A stretch of 64,000 nucleotides of DNA from contig OZ243927.1 of assembly GCA_965213925.1 (NCBI GenBank), positions 4,416,001 through 4,480,000 on the forward strand, written 5' to 3'. Shown piece after piece: positions 1 to 9,824 of this stretch (position 1 is the first letter of the stretch; each line of letters begins with the position of its first letter). The notes beneath the pieces were generated by a model, which saw only the letters and a list, made by a program, of their open reading frames with translations, ran no database searches and had not been told where the DNA came from. The position numbers were made by a program, and so were the translations under genes. This DNA comes from Trueperaceae bacterium. Its GTDB lineage: Bacteria; Deinococcota; Deinococci; Deinococcales; Trueperaceae.

Positions 1-1
1 C

Positions 2-1585
2 GCCCTCCACGTCGCTGCGCACTACGTGAAGCTGGGCAGCTTCGAGCACCCTGACGTGGTGCAAGCGCTTCAGGTTCTAGCCGACTCGGACAACCCCCGC
101 TTGCGCGCCTGGACCACCCTCAAACGCGCCGAGGGCGAGGTGCTTAAAGGACATTTCGGCGCAGCCGAAGCGCTTATAGGGCGCTGGCCCGACGTGGATG
201 ACCCCGTGCTCAACGCTGAGGTCAGCCTGATCCGCGCGAGCGTCGCAAGGTGGCGCTCTCAGCTCGACGAGGCGGCGGCGCTCGTCGAGGCGCAGGCGCG
301 AGTCTTTTTAGAGCGCGTGCCGCCGCACAGCCAAGAGAGCAAACTTTTAGGGGCAAAGGTAGAAGCCTGGGCGGGGCTCATCGCCAAGGATAGGGGCGAC
401 TTGCAAGGGGCGCTCGAACACTTCGCCAGCATCGAGACCGACGACGACCTAGTTCACGCCCGCCTCGCCTTTCAGCGCGGCGACATCAGGATGGCGCTCG
501 GTCATTTCAGCGCCGCACTCGCCGAGTTCGACGACGCCGTGACCCGCTCCTTTGAGGCTGAAGCGCCCAGCCACGAGCAGGCGCGCTACTTGGCGCGGCG
601 GGCGAACTTGCAGCGGCTGCGCGGACAGTTCCTCAGCGCTGAGCGAGGCTTTGAGAGGGCGCTCAGCGTTTTAGGGAACGACGCCTACCCGACCAGCCGT
701 CACGAGTTGGAGTGGGCGAAGGTCAAAGACGAGCACGCGCTCAACCTGCTCGCGCAAGGACGCTTCGAAGCGGCGACCTTTACGCTTCAACGCAACCTCG
801 CCACCTTCGGACGCTACAGCCAAGAGCAAGAGGTGGACGCGAGCTTTCGCATCTTGCGGAGCACCTTGCGCCTCAGCCTCGCCTACTGGTGCCGCGCCCT
901 AGCGCAGCCGCTCGCGCTGCCCTTTTTGCGCGCCGCCGAAGACGCGCCCGCGCACCCCGATTTGGCGCACGCGCGCACGCTCATCACTCGCGTCAAGGAC
1001 GCTCTAGGCGAGAAGCGCTACGGTCCACTCCACCGTCAGATGCACCTCGCCGCTAGCCTTATCCTAGAACCCGAAAGCGCAGTCGCGCACGCCCGGCACA
1101 CGCTCATGTACATGCTAGAACACGCCTTAGAAGGCGCGCATTACCCCTACCGTGAGGCGGTGAGCCGCACTTACTTAGGGACCGCGCTGCTGCGCTCTGG
1201 CGAAGTGGACGCGGCGTTAGAAGAGGTTGACAAAGCGCGTGAGGTCCTGCTGACCCTCGCCGACGAACACGGCGAAGGCACCGACAGCGGTCTGCTCGCG
1301 TGGCTCACCACCTTGCACCTTCAGGCGCATGCCCGCTTAGGGCAGAGCGAAGCGGCCCAAGCGAAGCTCGCGGAGGCGCTAGACACGCCCGCGCTTCACC
1401 CCTACGCCGAGGCACTCCTGCGGCTCTACGGTGAACTCGCTGAAGCGTCCCCGGACTTAGCGTGGTTCCAGCACGAAGGGTTGCGGCGTCACATCGCTTT
1501 GCACGATGATTTGGAAAATCAGGCGCAGCGCACTGTGCGCCTGCCTGACGCACTTGTAGCGTACTGGCAGAGTTTGGATATCTAA
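2..1585 (+). CDS. C-terminal part of a large TPR-like helical repeat protein (5' end outside window)
   Basis: Frame of ORF 26..1585 is open back to position 2; Ala/Leu-rich TPR-like helices (GDLQGALEHF, GHFSAALAEF, GQFLSAERGF). Confidence 0.7.
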   Translation, partial: ALHVAAHYVKLGSFEHPDVVQALQVLADSDNPRLRAWTTLKRAEGEVLKGHFGAAEALIGRWPDVDDPVLNAEVSLIRASVARWRSQLDEAAALVEAQARVFLERVPPHSQESKLLGAKVEAWAGLIAKDRGDLQGALEHFASIETDDDLVHARLAFQRGDIRMALGHFSAALAEFDDAVTRSFEAEAPSHEQARYLARRANLQRLRGQFLSAERGFERALSVLGNDAYPTSRHELEWAKVKDEHALNLLAQGRFEAATFTLQRNLATFGRYSQEQEVDASFRILRSTLRLSLAYWCRALAQPLALPFLRAAEDAPAHPDLAHARTLITRVKDALGEKRYGPLHRQMHLAASLILEPESAVAHARHTLMYMLEHALEGAHYPYREAVSRTYLGTALLRSGEVDAALEEVDKAREVLLTLADEHGEGTDSGLLAWLTTLHLQAHARLGQSEAAQAKLAEALDTPALHPYAEALLRLYGELAEASPDLAWFQHEGLRRHIALHDDLENQAQRTVRLPDALVAYWQSLDI

Positions 1586-1812
1586 GGAACTTCGAATCAA
1601 GATGCGTTGGATGAAGTCTTGCGCGGGCTCGGACACCTTCTGGGAGGCTCGAGCCTACATTCTTACGTTCAACCTCTTCTCAACCTTCCGACTTCATCTC
1701 CGTACAAGCCTGAAACATAGGCGCTAGATGCGTTACCATAGGCGCATCAAAAGACGTTCTTAGCGGGGAGGTCACCTTACGTGGCAATGCGTATAGACAA
1801 ATGGGAGGCAAG

Positions 1813-2535
1813 ATGCTCGTCCAGGAAATCATGACCAAAGAAGTCGTCGCCATCGGACCCGAAATGCCCATCGGCGACGTTCACGTGTTGATGGAGCAGC
1901 GCAATATCCGCCACTTTCCGGTGCTGGAGGTATCATCTTCAAGGGTCTTAGAAGCGACGCCAAATGCTACTCAAGTGGATTCAGAGCCGCTCACGGCGCA
2001 ACCGGCGGAAGAGGGCGACGCTAAGCTCGTCGGCATTGTTTCAGACCGCGACATCCGCGCGGTGGGTTCAGAACTGCCGAATGTGGAGCAGGGCGTGACG
2101 CTCAAAGACCCGGTGCGGCGCATCATGGTCTACCCCGTCTTGAGCGCACATCCCTTGGACCCTATCGAGGAATCGGCGAGCGTCTTGCGGCAGTATAAGA
2201 TCGGCGCGATGCCCGTCATGGACGGCGAAGCCCTCGTCGGCATCGTGACGAGTACGGACTTTTTGGAGTCGCTTATCAAGATGACGGGCGTGCGGGGCGC
2301 GGCGTCTCGCTTAGAAGTCGAGGTGGAGAACCGCCCTGGCGCGCTCGCGCGGCTGACAGAGGCGGTGGCGGAGCGCGGGGTCAATATCTCGAGCGTCCTC
2401 ACCCACGGTAGCGACGACGAGATGATCAGCTTCGTGTTACGGGCGGACACGATCGACGGGCGCGGCTTGGCGAACGCCTTAAAAGAACGCGGCTTTGACG
2501 TGTTGTGGCCCCCGGAGAAAGGGCAGCACCCATGA
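1813..2535 (+). CDS. acuB: CBS-pair + ACT domain protein, AcuB family
   Basis: Two CBS motifs (IRHFPV..LVGIVSDRD; IGAMPV..LVGIVT), C-terminal ACT (NRPGALARL..GVNISS); GGAGG SD before ATG 1813; coupled to acuC. Confidence 0.85.
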   Translation: MLVQEIMTKEVVAIGPEMPIGDVHVLMEQRNIRHFPVLEVSSSRVLEATPNATQVDSEPLTAQPAEEGDAKLVGIVSDRDIRAVGSELPNVEQGVTLKDPVRRIMVYPVLSAHPLDPIEESASVLRQYKIGAMPVMDGEALVGIVTSTDFLESLIKMTGVRGAASRLEVEVENRPGALARLTEAVAERGVNISSVLTHGSDDEMISFVLRADTIDGRGLANALKERGFDVLWPPEKGQHP

Positions 2536-3701
2536 GCGACTCGAAAGACACTGCCTTCGTCTACAGCGCCCACCTGAGCGACTATCAGCTCTCGGAGAGC
2601 CACCCCTTCAAGCCGATTCGCCTAGAGCTGACGCGCAGCCTCCTCCACCACGCCGGGCTTTTGAGTGAAGCGCAAGAGGTCCACCCGGAGCCCTTCAGCG
2701 AGTCACAACTTCACACGCTGCACGACCCACACTACGTCGAAGTCGTCAAAGCGGTTTCGAAAGGGCGAGACGTCGCCGACGCCTACGCGCACGGCTTGGG
2801 CACCTCCGACAACCCCATCTTTCCCGGTATGCACGACGCGATTTTAGGCATCTGCGCCGCCACCGCCACCGCCGTCGACCTCGTCGCCTCGGGCAAAAAG
2901 CAGCGTGCGACGAACATCTCGGGCGGTCTACATCACGCTATGAGGGGTAAGATGTCGGGCTTTTGCACCTACAACGACCTCGCTCTGGGCATCGAGCAGG
3001 CGATCCAGCGTCACGGCGTGCGCGTCGCGTATATAGACCTCGACGCGCACCACGGCGACGGCGTGCAGTGGCTCTTCTACGAGCGCGCCGAGGTTATGAC
3101 CATTTCTATGCACGAGTCGGGGCGCTACCTCTTTCCGGGGACGGGTCACACCTATGAGATCGGCAAGGACGCGGGGCGAGGCTCGAGCGTCAACATGCCC
3201 TTGGAGCCTTTTACCGAGGACGACTCTTACCTGGAATGCTTCGAAGCGGTGGTGCCCCGCGCCCTAAAAGCCTTCGGACCCGACCTCATCGTGCTGCAAG
3301 CGGGCGCGGACATGCACTACAACGACCCACTCGCGGACCTGGCGCTTTCCACTAAAGGCATCGGCGAGAGCTACCGCCGCGTGAGCGAGCTTGCCGACGA
3401 ATACTGCGAGGGTCGCTTAGTAGCGACGGGCGGCGGCGGCTATGACCCCTACCGCACCGTGCCGCGCGTCTGGTCTCTACTGTGGGGCGCGGTGAGCCGC
3501 CAAGAGGTGCCCGAAGACGTGCCGCAGGCGTGGCTGGACCAGTGGCAGGAGCGCAGCTCGAACCCGCTGACCAAGACCTTTCACGATGACCTCTCGCAGT
3601 GGGACGAAATGCCGCGCCGCGAACAGATTACCTTACACAATCAAGCGGTGGCGAAGCGGTTACTGAATACGGTGGAGCCGATTTGGGAGGGGGAGGTTTA
3701 A
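2532..3701 (+). CDS. acuC: Acetoin utilization protein AcuC (Zn-dependent histone deacetylase family)
   Basis: HPFKPIR, GGLHHA, GFC, DLDAHHGDGVQ, QAGAD, GGGGY motifs. Confidence 0.92.
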   Translation: MSDSKDTAFVYSAHLSDYQLSESHPFKPIRLELTRSLLHHAGLLSEAQEVHPEPFSESQLHTLHDPHYVEVVKAVSKGRDVADAYAHGLGTSDNPIFPGMHDAILGICAATATAVDLVASGKKQRATNISGGLHHAMRGKMSGFCTYNDLALGIEQAIQRHGVRVAYIDLDAHHGDGVQWLFYERAEVMTISMHESGRYLFPGTGHTYEIGKDAGRGSSVNMPLEPFTEDDSYLECFEAVVPRALKAFGPDLIVLQAGADMHYNDPLADLALSTKGIGESYRRVSELADEYCEGRLVATGGGGYDPYRTVPRVWSLLWGAVSRQEVPEDVPQAWLDQWQERSSNPLTKTFHDDLSQWDEMPRREQITLHNQAVAKRLLNTVEPIWEGEV

Positions 3702-3844
3702 CAGCAGGTATTAAAGTCTGTCTCACTGACGTTCGGAGCTGGTCACGTACGCTCTCACTGTAAAGAACATTTACGAGCACACACGTTCTGAGATAATACC
3801 TGCGTTCATCTGTCCTAATACATTATGAAGCTGCTAAAGAAGTT

Positions 3845-4727
3845 ACGCCAATTCGGAAAAGACTTGACGAGATAGAGGGTAAGGGCTGAAATAGTATGTG
3901 AGCAAAATCCCAACCCTCGAAGAGATTGTACAAGCGGTTGAAGGTCTAAGTCTAAAAAAGCGAAGGAAAGCTCCTCAGGGACGCAAGCCTACTTTCTCGG
4001 ATGACTTCATCATTGCGCTAGCGGTGTATCAGAAATTGGCGAGCTTCCGCTACGCTCAGAAAATGCTGGAGGTTGCCGCCTCTTTTGGTGTCGAGGTTCC
4101 TGCGCCTTCGACCTTCTGCGAGCGCAAAGGACTACTGCTAGGACCTATCATCCTCGCGGTTAAACAACTTTGCGCGGCGCAGCAGGCGACCAAGCAACAC
4201 CTCGACTCGAAAAAGCTGGAAGTTGTGGACTTTGCGCGGGCTAGACGCAGCAAGTTAGCTGGAGCATATGGACATGACCACATTCATAACACCACGTTTT
4301 ATGGCTTTCGCTTACATGCTCGCGTAAACGATGCTGGCGACCTGAGTAGACTGCTCCTAAGAGGCGCGAACGAGCACGATGTTAAAGTCGCACCTCGTCT
4401 GCTGAGCGGGCTTACCTACACCATCGTAACTGCAGATAAAGGTTATATCAGTCACGACCTTAAAGCCGACATCGCTCCTCAAGCGGTGGACCTTGTTACG
4501 CCGCGCCGCAGCAATCAACTACCTCCACCCAGGCGTGAACAAAACCTCTACTGCGGTCACCGCATCGTTGAATCCGTTTTCTCTTCACTCGACAGGCTCG
4601 GCTTCTCCGACAGACCTTATCGCTCTACTAAAGGATGTATGGTACACATCTATACCACCATCCTCGCTTATCAGCTCAGCCATTTAGATGTCCTCGGACT
4701 TTGGTTCTTCCTTTCCCGAATTGAGGT
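3845..4727 (+). mobile_element. IS982-family insertion sequence, 883 bp
   Basis: IRL ACGCCAATTCGGAAAAG (3845) vs IRR reverse complement ACCTCAATTCGGGAAAG (ends 4727); 8-bp target duplication AAGAAGTT at 3837-3844 and 4728-4735. Confidence 0.9.
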
Positions 4728-4737
4728 AAGAAGTTGA
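3898..4737 (+). CDS. IS982-family DDE transposase
   Basis: LDS..., FYGFRLH, ANEHD, ADKGY, R.IVESVFS motifs; lies between the IRs and runs through IRR. Confidence 0.88.
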   Translation: MSKIPTLEEIVQAVEGLSLKKRRKAPQGRKPTFSDDFIIALAVYQKLASFRYAQKMLEVAASFGVEVPAPSTFCERKGLLLGPIILAVKQLCAAQQATKQHLDSKKLEVVDFARARRSKLAGAYGHDHIHNTTFYGFRLHARVNDAGDLSRLLLRGANEHDVKVAPRLLSGLTYTIVTADKGYISHDLKADIAPQAVDLVTPRRSNQLPPPRREQNLYCGHRIVESVFSSLDRLGFSDRPYRSTKGCMVHIYTTILAYQLSHLDVLGLWFFLSRIEVRS

Positions 4738-4739
4738 AA

Positions 4740-4784
4740 GCAACGAGCAATGAGTGTAAAAGGCTTCTACTCATTGCTCGTTGC
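4740..4784. terminator. 16-bp perfect hairpin, probable terminator of the serine hydrolase gene
   Basis: GCAACGAGCAATGAGT (4740-4755) / ACTCATTGCTCGTTGC (4769-4784), just past the stop at 4791. Confidence 0.7.
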
Positions 4785-4790
4785 TCATTG

Positions 4791-5861
4791 CTACTCCAAA
4801 GAGGCGAGGTACTCGAGCCCCACCTCCATCACATTGACCTCAGCAACGTTGACGAGCAAGACGAGCCCGACCTCTTTCTCGGTGTTGAAGCCCAAAAAGC
4901 TGCTGAAGCCGCCCGTGCCGCCGCCGTGGAAAACGATATCCCCGGCAGGACTTGGCAGGCGAACCCAGCCCAAACCTTGAAGCGACGCGCCCTGTCCTTT
5001 GATGCCCGTTGATTGCTGCGCTTGACAATTCGCGGCGCTGAGCGGCGCGTCCTCACGACACGCCTTTATGGAAGCGTCCAAAAACTTCATCGCGTCTTCC
5101 AGGCTTCCCCTCGCTATACCCGTACCCGCTAGCGCGTCAAAGGTCCACACACTCGTCTCGCTCCCGTCTGAGGCGAGAGGTTGCGCAGCGCTGTCCGAAC
5201 GCGAACCCTCGGCGGTTGCACCGTCCATAGCGAGGGGCTGAAAAATCCTAGCGTCAATAAGCTCGGCGTAGCTAGACCCCGCAGTGTCAGCGAGCAGCGT
5301 GCCGAGCAGACCGAACCCAAAGTTGGAGTAGTTGGCGAAGCCGTGGTCGCTCTCTCTTACCTCGACGCTCTGTAACGCCTCATGGAGCATCGCCCTATCA
5401 AACTTGGCGTAGGGGTTAGCTTCGTTGCGCTCAAAATAGGAATAGGTCATGTTGGGTGGCAGCCGGGGCAACCCTGCTGTGTGCGTCGCCAACTGCTCGA
5501 ACGTCACCGCTTCCCATTTGGCGTCTTGGACCTCTTCAGGTAAATAGGCGTTGACGCTCTCGTTCAGTTGAACAGCGCCCTCTTCGGCGAGCTGCGCCAA
5601 GAGAATAGCGGTGAACACCTTTGTGATGGAGCCGTATTCGAAGCGCGTGTCCTCGGAGAAGTCCGGGTTGCCGACGAAGAACGTCGTTTCTTCGTCTTTC
5701 TCGGTGAGACCGACGGCAACGCCCGCTTCAGGATTAGAAGGGAGAAGAGGTTGCAGTTGTGAGGTCAGGGCTGACGCCGCGTCTTCTGACTGCGCGTAAG
5801 CGGCTAAGCCGACGAACAAGCAGAGCGCCATTAACGTGACCCGAACATGCCAGAAGTACAT
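4791..5861 (-). CDS. Secreted serine hydrolase, beta-lactamase class C / PBP-like family
   Basis: Signal peptide; GSITK (SxxK), LATHTAGL, YSN, HGGGTGGF motifs. Confidence 0.88.
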   Translation of the reverse strand: MYFWHVRVTLMALCLFVGLAAYAQSEDAASALTSQLQPLLPSNPEAGVAVGLTEKDEETTFFVGNPDFSEDTRFEYGSITKVFTAILLAQLAEEGAVQLNESVNAYLPEEVQDAKWEAVTFEQLATHTAGLPRLPPNMTYSYFERNEANPYAKFDRAMLHEALQSVEVRESDHGFANYSNFGFGLLGTLLADTAGSSYAELIDARIFQPLAMDGATAEGSRSDSAAQPLASDGSETSVWTFDALAGTGIARGSLEDAMKFLDASIKACREDAPLSAANCQAQQSTGIKGQGASLQGLGWVRLPSPAGDIVFHGGGTGGFSSFLGFNTEKEVGLVLLVNVAEVNVMEVGLEYLASLE

Positions 5862-5964
5862 ACGCGATTATAGACGCTTTCGCAGCGTGCACGACTGCTA
5901 AGCATTATCAAGCGAGCCAGTGTGGGGCTCGAGCCACGGCGCAGCGTCTATGGTAGGTTTTCCT

Positions 5965-6861
5965 ATGGCAGACAAACAGACGGGTAAAGTGGCATTTATC
6001 GGCATGGGCACGATGGGCGCACCGATGGCGAAGCGCTTAGTAGAGGCGGGCTACGACGTAACGGTGCATAACCGAACCCGCGAACGAGAAGAGCCTCTTG
6101 CGGAGGCGGGAGCGAAACGCGCCAGCAGCCCCCGAGAAGCCGCCGAAGGTGCAGACCTCATCCTCACGATGGTCAGCGACACACCCGACGTGGAAGCCGT
6201 CATTTTAGGCGACGAGGGCGTGATTCACAGCGTTAAAGCAGGCAGTATTGTCGTGGACATGAGCACCATCAGCCCGAGCGTGACGAGAGGCATCGCCGAA
6301 AAGCTCGCCGAGAAAGAGGTCCAAATGCTCGACGCGCCTGTCTCCGGTGGCAGCGAAGGCGCAGAGCAGGGCACGCTCTCGATCATGGTGGGCGGCAAAG
6401 AAGAGGTCTTGGCGCGCGTCCGCGAAGTTTTAGAGCATCTCGGCGAGACCATCACGCTGGTTGGTCCAGTCGGCAGCGGTCAGGTGACGAAGGCGATTAA
6501 CCAAGTGATTATCGCCGGAACCTACGCTGCTGTTGCCGAGGGGATGGCGATTGGCTTAGCGGCGGGACTCGACATCGACGCGGCGCATCAGGCGGTTTCG
6601 GGTGGTGCGGCGGGCTCTTGGGTTTTGGCGAACCGGGCGAAGAACATGATTGACAACGAGTACCCGTTAGGCTTTCGCACGCGGCTCCACCGCAAAGACT
6701 TGGGAATTGCCTTGGAGACGGCGCAAGACTTGGGCGTGGCGATTCCGACGGCAGCGTATGTAGCGCAAATCGAGACGAGCTTGATGAAGCGCGGTCTCGG
6801 TGACGAAGACGTCTCGAACATCGCGCGGATTGTGCGCGAGCAGGCGGGGCTGGATGGATGA
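5965..6861 (+). CDS. NAD(P)-dependent beta-hydroxyacid dehydrogenase (2-hydroxy-3-oxopropionate reductase / HIBADH family)
   Basis: FIGMGTMGAPMA, DAPVSGG, KAINQ, KDL motifs. Confidence 0.9.
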   Translation: MADKQTGKVAFIGMGTMGAPMAKRLVEAGYDVTVHNRTREREEPLAEAGAKRASSPREAAEGADLILTMVSDTPDVEAVILGDEGVIHSVKAGSIVVDMSTISPSVTRGIAEKLAEKEVQMLDAPVSGGSEGAEQGTLSIMVGGKEEVLARVREVLEHLGETITLVGPVGSGQVTKAINQVIIAGTYAAVAEGMAIGLAAGLDIDAAHQAVSGGAAGSWVLANRAKNMIDNEYPLGFRTRLHRKDLGIALETAQDLGVAIPTAAYVAQIETSLMKRGLGDEDVSNIARIVREQAGLDG

Positions 6862-7384
6862 GCTTAGGGCGCATTATCTTAGGGACGTTCAGCGCCATTT
6901 CCAAAGCCTCAAAACCCTCGCTGACGACGCAATCGCTCAAGCAGAGAGCGACTTCTTCACGGTTTTAGGAAGCGAAGACAACAGCGTCGCGGTCATCGTC
7001 AAGCATGTGAGCGGCAATATGACCTCTCGGTGGCGCGGCTTTTTAACGAATGACGGTGAAAAGGCGGAGCGCGATAGAGACCGCGAGTTTATTGTTCAAG
7101 AATCCAAAGAGGTGTTATTAGAAGCGTGGGAAAGGGGATGGGTGACGCTGTTTGAGGCGTTGGAAGAATTGGAACCTCAGCACCTCTTGCAGCATGTCAC
7201 CATTCGCGGCGAAGCGCACACGGTTTTAGAAGCCATCAACCGTCAGCTCAGCCACTATGCCTACCACGTGGGGCAAATCGTTTTTCTAGCAAAGCATTTC
7301 TGCGGCGAGGCGTGGCGCTCGTTAAGCATTCCGAAAGGAGAATCGGCGGCGTTCAACCGAACCTTCACGAAGGGTCAACCTTAG
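6854..7384 (+). CDS. DUF1572 / DinB-superfamily protein
   Basis: NSVAVIVKHVSGNMTSRW..DGEK..RDREF and HYAYHVGQIV motifs. Confidence 0.85.
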   Translation: MDELRAHYLRDVQRHFQSLKTLADDAIAQAESDFFTVLGSEDNSVAVIVKHVSGNMTSRWRGFLTNDGEKAERDRDREFIVQESKEVLLEAWERGWVTLFEALEELEPQHLLQHVTIRGEAHTVLEAINRQLSHYAYHVGQIVFLAKHFCGEAWRSLSIPKGESAAFNRTFTKGQP

Positions 7385-7713
7385 TTGCGCTGCCCCTCCA
7401 AGTACCCCACAAACGCCAACACCGCCCGCCACTCCTCCTCACTCAACCTCTTGCCTACGAGTTCTTTAGGGATATGCGGATAAGGTGACGGCGAAGGCAT
7501 GAGGTAATCCGCGAGTTCCATCAAACGCGAATAAGATACGCCGAGCACGTCTGCCAAACGTTTTAGCACGCGCGGTGAAGGGCTATTGACACCGCCCCGC
7601 TCGAGCTTCTGCAAATACGTCAGCGAAATCTTGGCGGGCTCCGCAACCTCTTGGAGCGTCAAGTCTTTTTCTTTTCTCGCGGCGCGTAGTTCATGACCGA
7701 GTTCTCTGAGCAT
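7381..7713 (-). CDS. XRE-family HTH transcriptional regulator
   Basis: LRAARKEKDLTLQEVA..ISLTYLQKLERG..PS HTH; divergent from the thioesterase gene. Confidence 0.88.
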   Translation of the reverse strand: MLRELGHELRAARKEKDLTLQEVAEPAKISLTYLQKLERGGVNSPSPRVLKRLADVLGVSYSRLMELADYLMPSPSPYPHIPKELVGKRLSEEEWRAVLAFVGYLEGQRN

Positions 7714-7732
7714 TTGACAAATTCACCTCTTC

Positions 7733-7773
7733 ACTCTAGTATAACTTTAGTTTAACAAATTTACTATAGTTTA
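7733..7773. promoter_or_regulatory. Three ACTnTAGTWTA boxes, probable operator of the XRE regulator
   Basis: ACTCTAGTATA 7733, ACTTTAGTTTA 7744, ACTATAGTTTA 7763 in the 73-bp divergent intergenic region. Confidence 0.55.
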
Positions 7774-7786
7774 GAAAGAGGTCAAG

Positions 7787-9022
7787 ATGGTGAGGTTCGA
7801 AAATCTTCCGCGAGACGCCAGGGTAGACGCACCGCTTTGGGGTCAACTCACTGGATTGCCGCCTAGCTCTCCCGCTCGGATTGAAGCGGCGATGCGAGAC
7901 GATGTCGGGCAAGCGTGGCGGAGTCGTGCGCTCTATGAAGCGTCCTCGGAAGGAACCGTAGACCTCGCCGCCGCCCAACCTCTTGAAGCGGCGTGGTCGG
8001 GCTCGGATGCGTATAGGCTGTACTGGTCTATGCAGCTTGTAGAGGAGCCGGTGTCGCCCTTTTCGGCGTATCCGGGAAGCGTATTTCAGGAGAGGCTCGA
8101 GGTCGTCTTTACTGCCAGTATAGACGGCAAAGAGGTCGCTGAGGCGTGCGTCAAGCGTCACTTTCCCTTTCGCTGCATCCAGGAAACATGGCGGGGTGAC
8201 ACCACCGCGAACCTCTTCTTACCCGTCTACCCTAACGCCACTCAAGGCGTGCTCGTCATTGGCGGTTCAGCGGGTGGCTTCGCCTGGTCGAATCAGGTGG
8301 CGTCCCTCATCGCCGCGTCGGGGCGCTCGGCGTTGGCAGTGGCTTACTTCGACTGGCGAGGAGAATACGGCTTGCCGACAAGCCTGATGGAGATTCCCTT
8401 GGAGGTGTTCACTCGTGCGCTAGATAGGCTGAAGGCGCATCCCCAGGTTCTCACCGATGACCTCTCCGTCGTCGGCTTCTCCAAGGGAACGGAAGCCGCG
8501 CTCTTACTCGCGACGAAGCGAGATGACGTCCGCAAAGTCGCCCTTTATTCACCGAGCGCTTATGTGTGGGAGGCAGCGCGCCTAAGTAGAGACGAGGAGG
8601 CGAAGTCGTCGTGGACGTGGCGGGGCGAGCCGCTACCCTTTGCACGGTTTGACGCGGACGAAGACTTTTATAGAACGTTCGACAAAACGAAGCTTAGAGC
8701 GTTTCATGAACGTGCTTTGGAAGGTGAAGGGGTCAGGCAGCGAGCGCGTATTCCTGTCGAGCGAACCGACGCACAAATCCTACTGCTTTCAGGTACGGAG
8801 GACGGGACGTGGCACGCAGGACCTATGTCTAGAACTATCGTCAAGAGGTTCGAAGAGGTCGGTAGAGTCTCGAAGGTAAAACACCTCGCTTATGAAAATG
8901 TGGGTCACTCGTTTCTAGTACCGGGACTTCCTGCCAATCACGTAGATGGACAGTGGAGAGCCAACGCGCAAGCAGACAAAAAAGCGTGGGGCGCGTTGCG
9001 CAGACATCTTTGTCTCTTTTGA
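7787..9022 (+). CDS. Acyl-CoA thioesterase / BAAT-family alpha/beta hydrolase
   Basis: IGGSAGG, LAVAYF, GFSKG nucleophile elbow, IPVER, EDGTW, GH; GAGG SD. Confidence 0.85.
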   Translation: MVRFENLPRDARVDAPLWGQLTGLPPSSPARIEAAMRDDVGQAWRSRALYEASSEGTVDLAAAQPLEAAWSGSDAYRLYWSMQLVEEPVSPFSAYPGSVFQERLEVVFTASIDGKEVAEACVKRHFPFRCIQETWRGDTTANLFLPVYPNATQGVLVIGGSAGGFAWSNQVASLIAASGRSALAVAYFDWRGEYGLPTSLMEIPLEVFTRALDRLKAHPQVLTDDLSVVGFSKGTEAALLLATKRDDVRKVALYSPSAYVWEAARLSRDEEAKSSWTWRGEPLPFARFDADEDFYRTFDKTKLRAFHERALEGEGVRQRARIPVERTDAQILLLSGTEDGTWHAGPMSRTIVKRFEEVGRVSKVKHLAYENVGHSFLVPGLPANHVDGQWRANAQADKKAWGALRRHLCLF

Positions 9023-9149
9023 ACCGCTACTAAGGCAACTCCGAACCCCTTAGCGAGAGATACCAGTCTTCCCTAACAGGTCGGTAGAGAGGTATTTTTA
9101 CTAAACTTCACCCTTCGGCACGTTTTCGAGACCTGCTATACTCTCCTCT

Positions 9150-9743
9150 ATGAAGTTAAGCCCTTTGGACATCCAGCATCAAGAGTTCGACTCGGCGGTG
9201 AGCGGTTACAAGAAGAAACAGGTGCGCGAATTTTTAGAGCGCGTCGCGGACACCTTCGAAGACCTTTTGCGCGACAACCAAAACCTGCGCGACGAGCTGA
9301 GCGAGCAGCGTGAAAAAAACGAGGAGCTGCAAGTCGGCGAGCTGGAGTTGCGCCGCGCGGTGGTTTCGGCAGAGCGCATCGGCAACGAGATGAAAGAGCG
9401 GGCGCAGAAAGAGGCGACGCTTATCGTGCAGGAGGCGAAAACGGAGCGCGGCACCATCTTACAAGACGCCGAGGCGCAGCTCAAAGAGGCGAGGGCCGAA
9501 CTGAGGCGCACCGAGCGCGAGCACGGGCTCTTCCGCGAGCAGTTCCGGGGGATGCTCCGCGCGTACGAAAGGAGCCTCGACAACCAGCCGGAACCGAGCG
9601 GAGCTAGGGGCGAACAGCGCGAACAAGAGGTCGAGCAGCCCCAAGAGGTAGTGCAAGATACCGTGCACGGTGCTACGCAGAACGCGAGAGAACCCGACCG
9701 AAGAGTCTCCGGGGCGTCCGTTATCCTCGAGCCTGACGACTAA
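9150..9743 (+). CDS. divIVA: DivIVA domain cell division protein
   Basis: LSPLDIQHQEF...GY...VREFLE N-terminal motif followed by coiled coil. Confidence 0.88.
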   Translation: MKLSPLDIQHQEFDSAVSGYKKKQVREFLERVADTFEDLLRDNQNLRDELSEQREKNEELQVGELELRRAVVSAERIGNEMKERAQKEATLIVQEAKTERGTILQDAEAQLKEARAELRRTEREHGLFREQFRGMLRAYERSLDNQPEPSGARGEQREQEVEQPQEVVQDTVHGATQNAREPDRRVSGASVILEPDD

Positions 9744-9824
9744 TATAGCTTCCGGTTAGTTCCTGTAGGATTGATCGGAAGCCATACTACTCGGTGTGCG
9801 TCAGCAGCTCCGGGTACTGAAAGG

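Noticed and set aside
3825..5012. Gene interrupted by IS982 (MKLLKKLKATSNECK...)
   Set aside because: The joined frame crosses a terminator hairpin and runs antisense into the serine hydrolase gene
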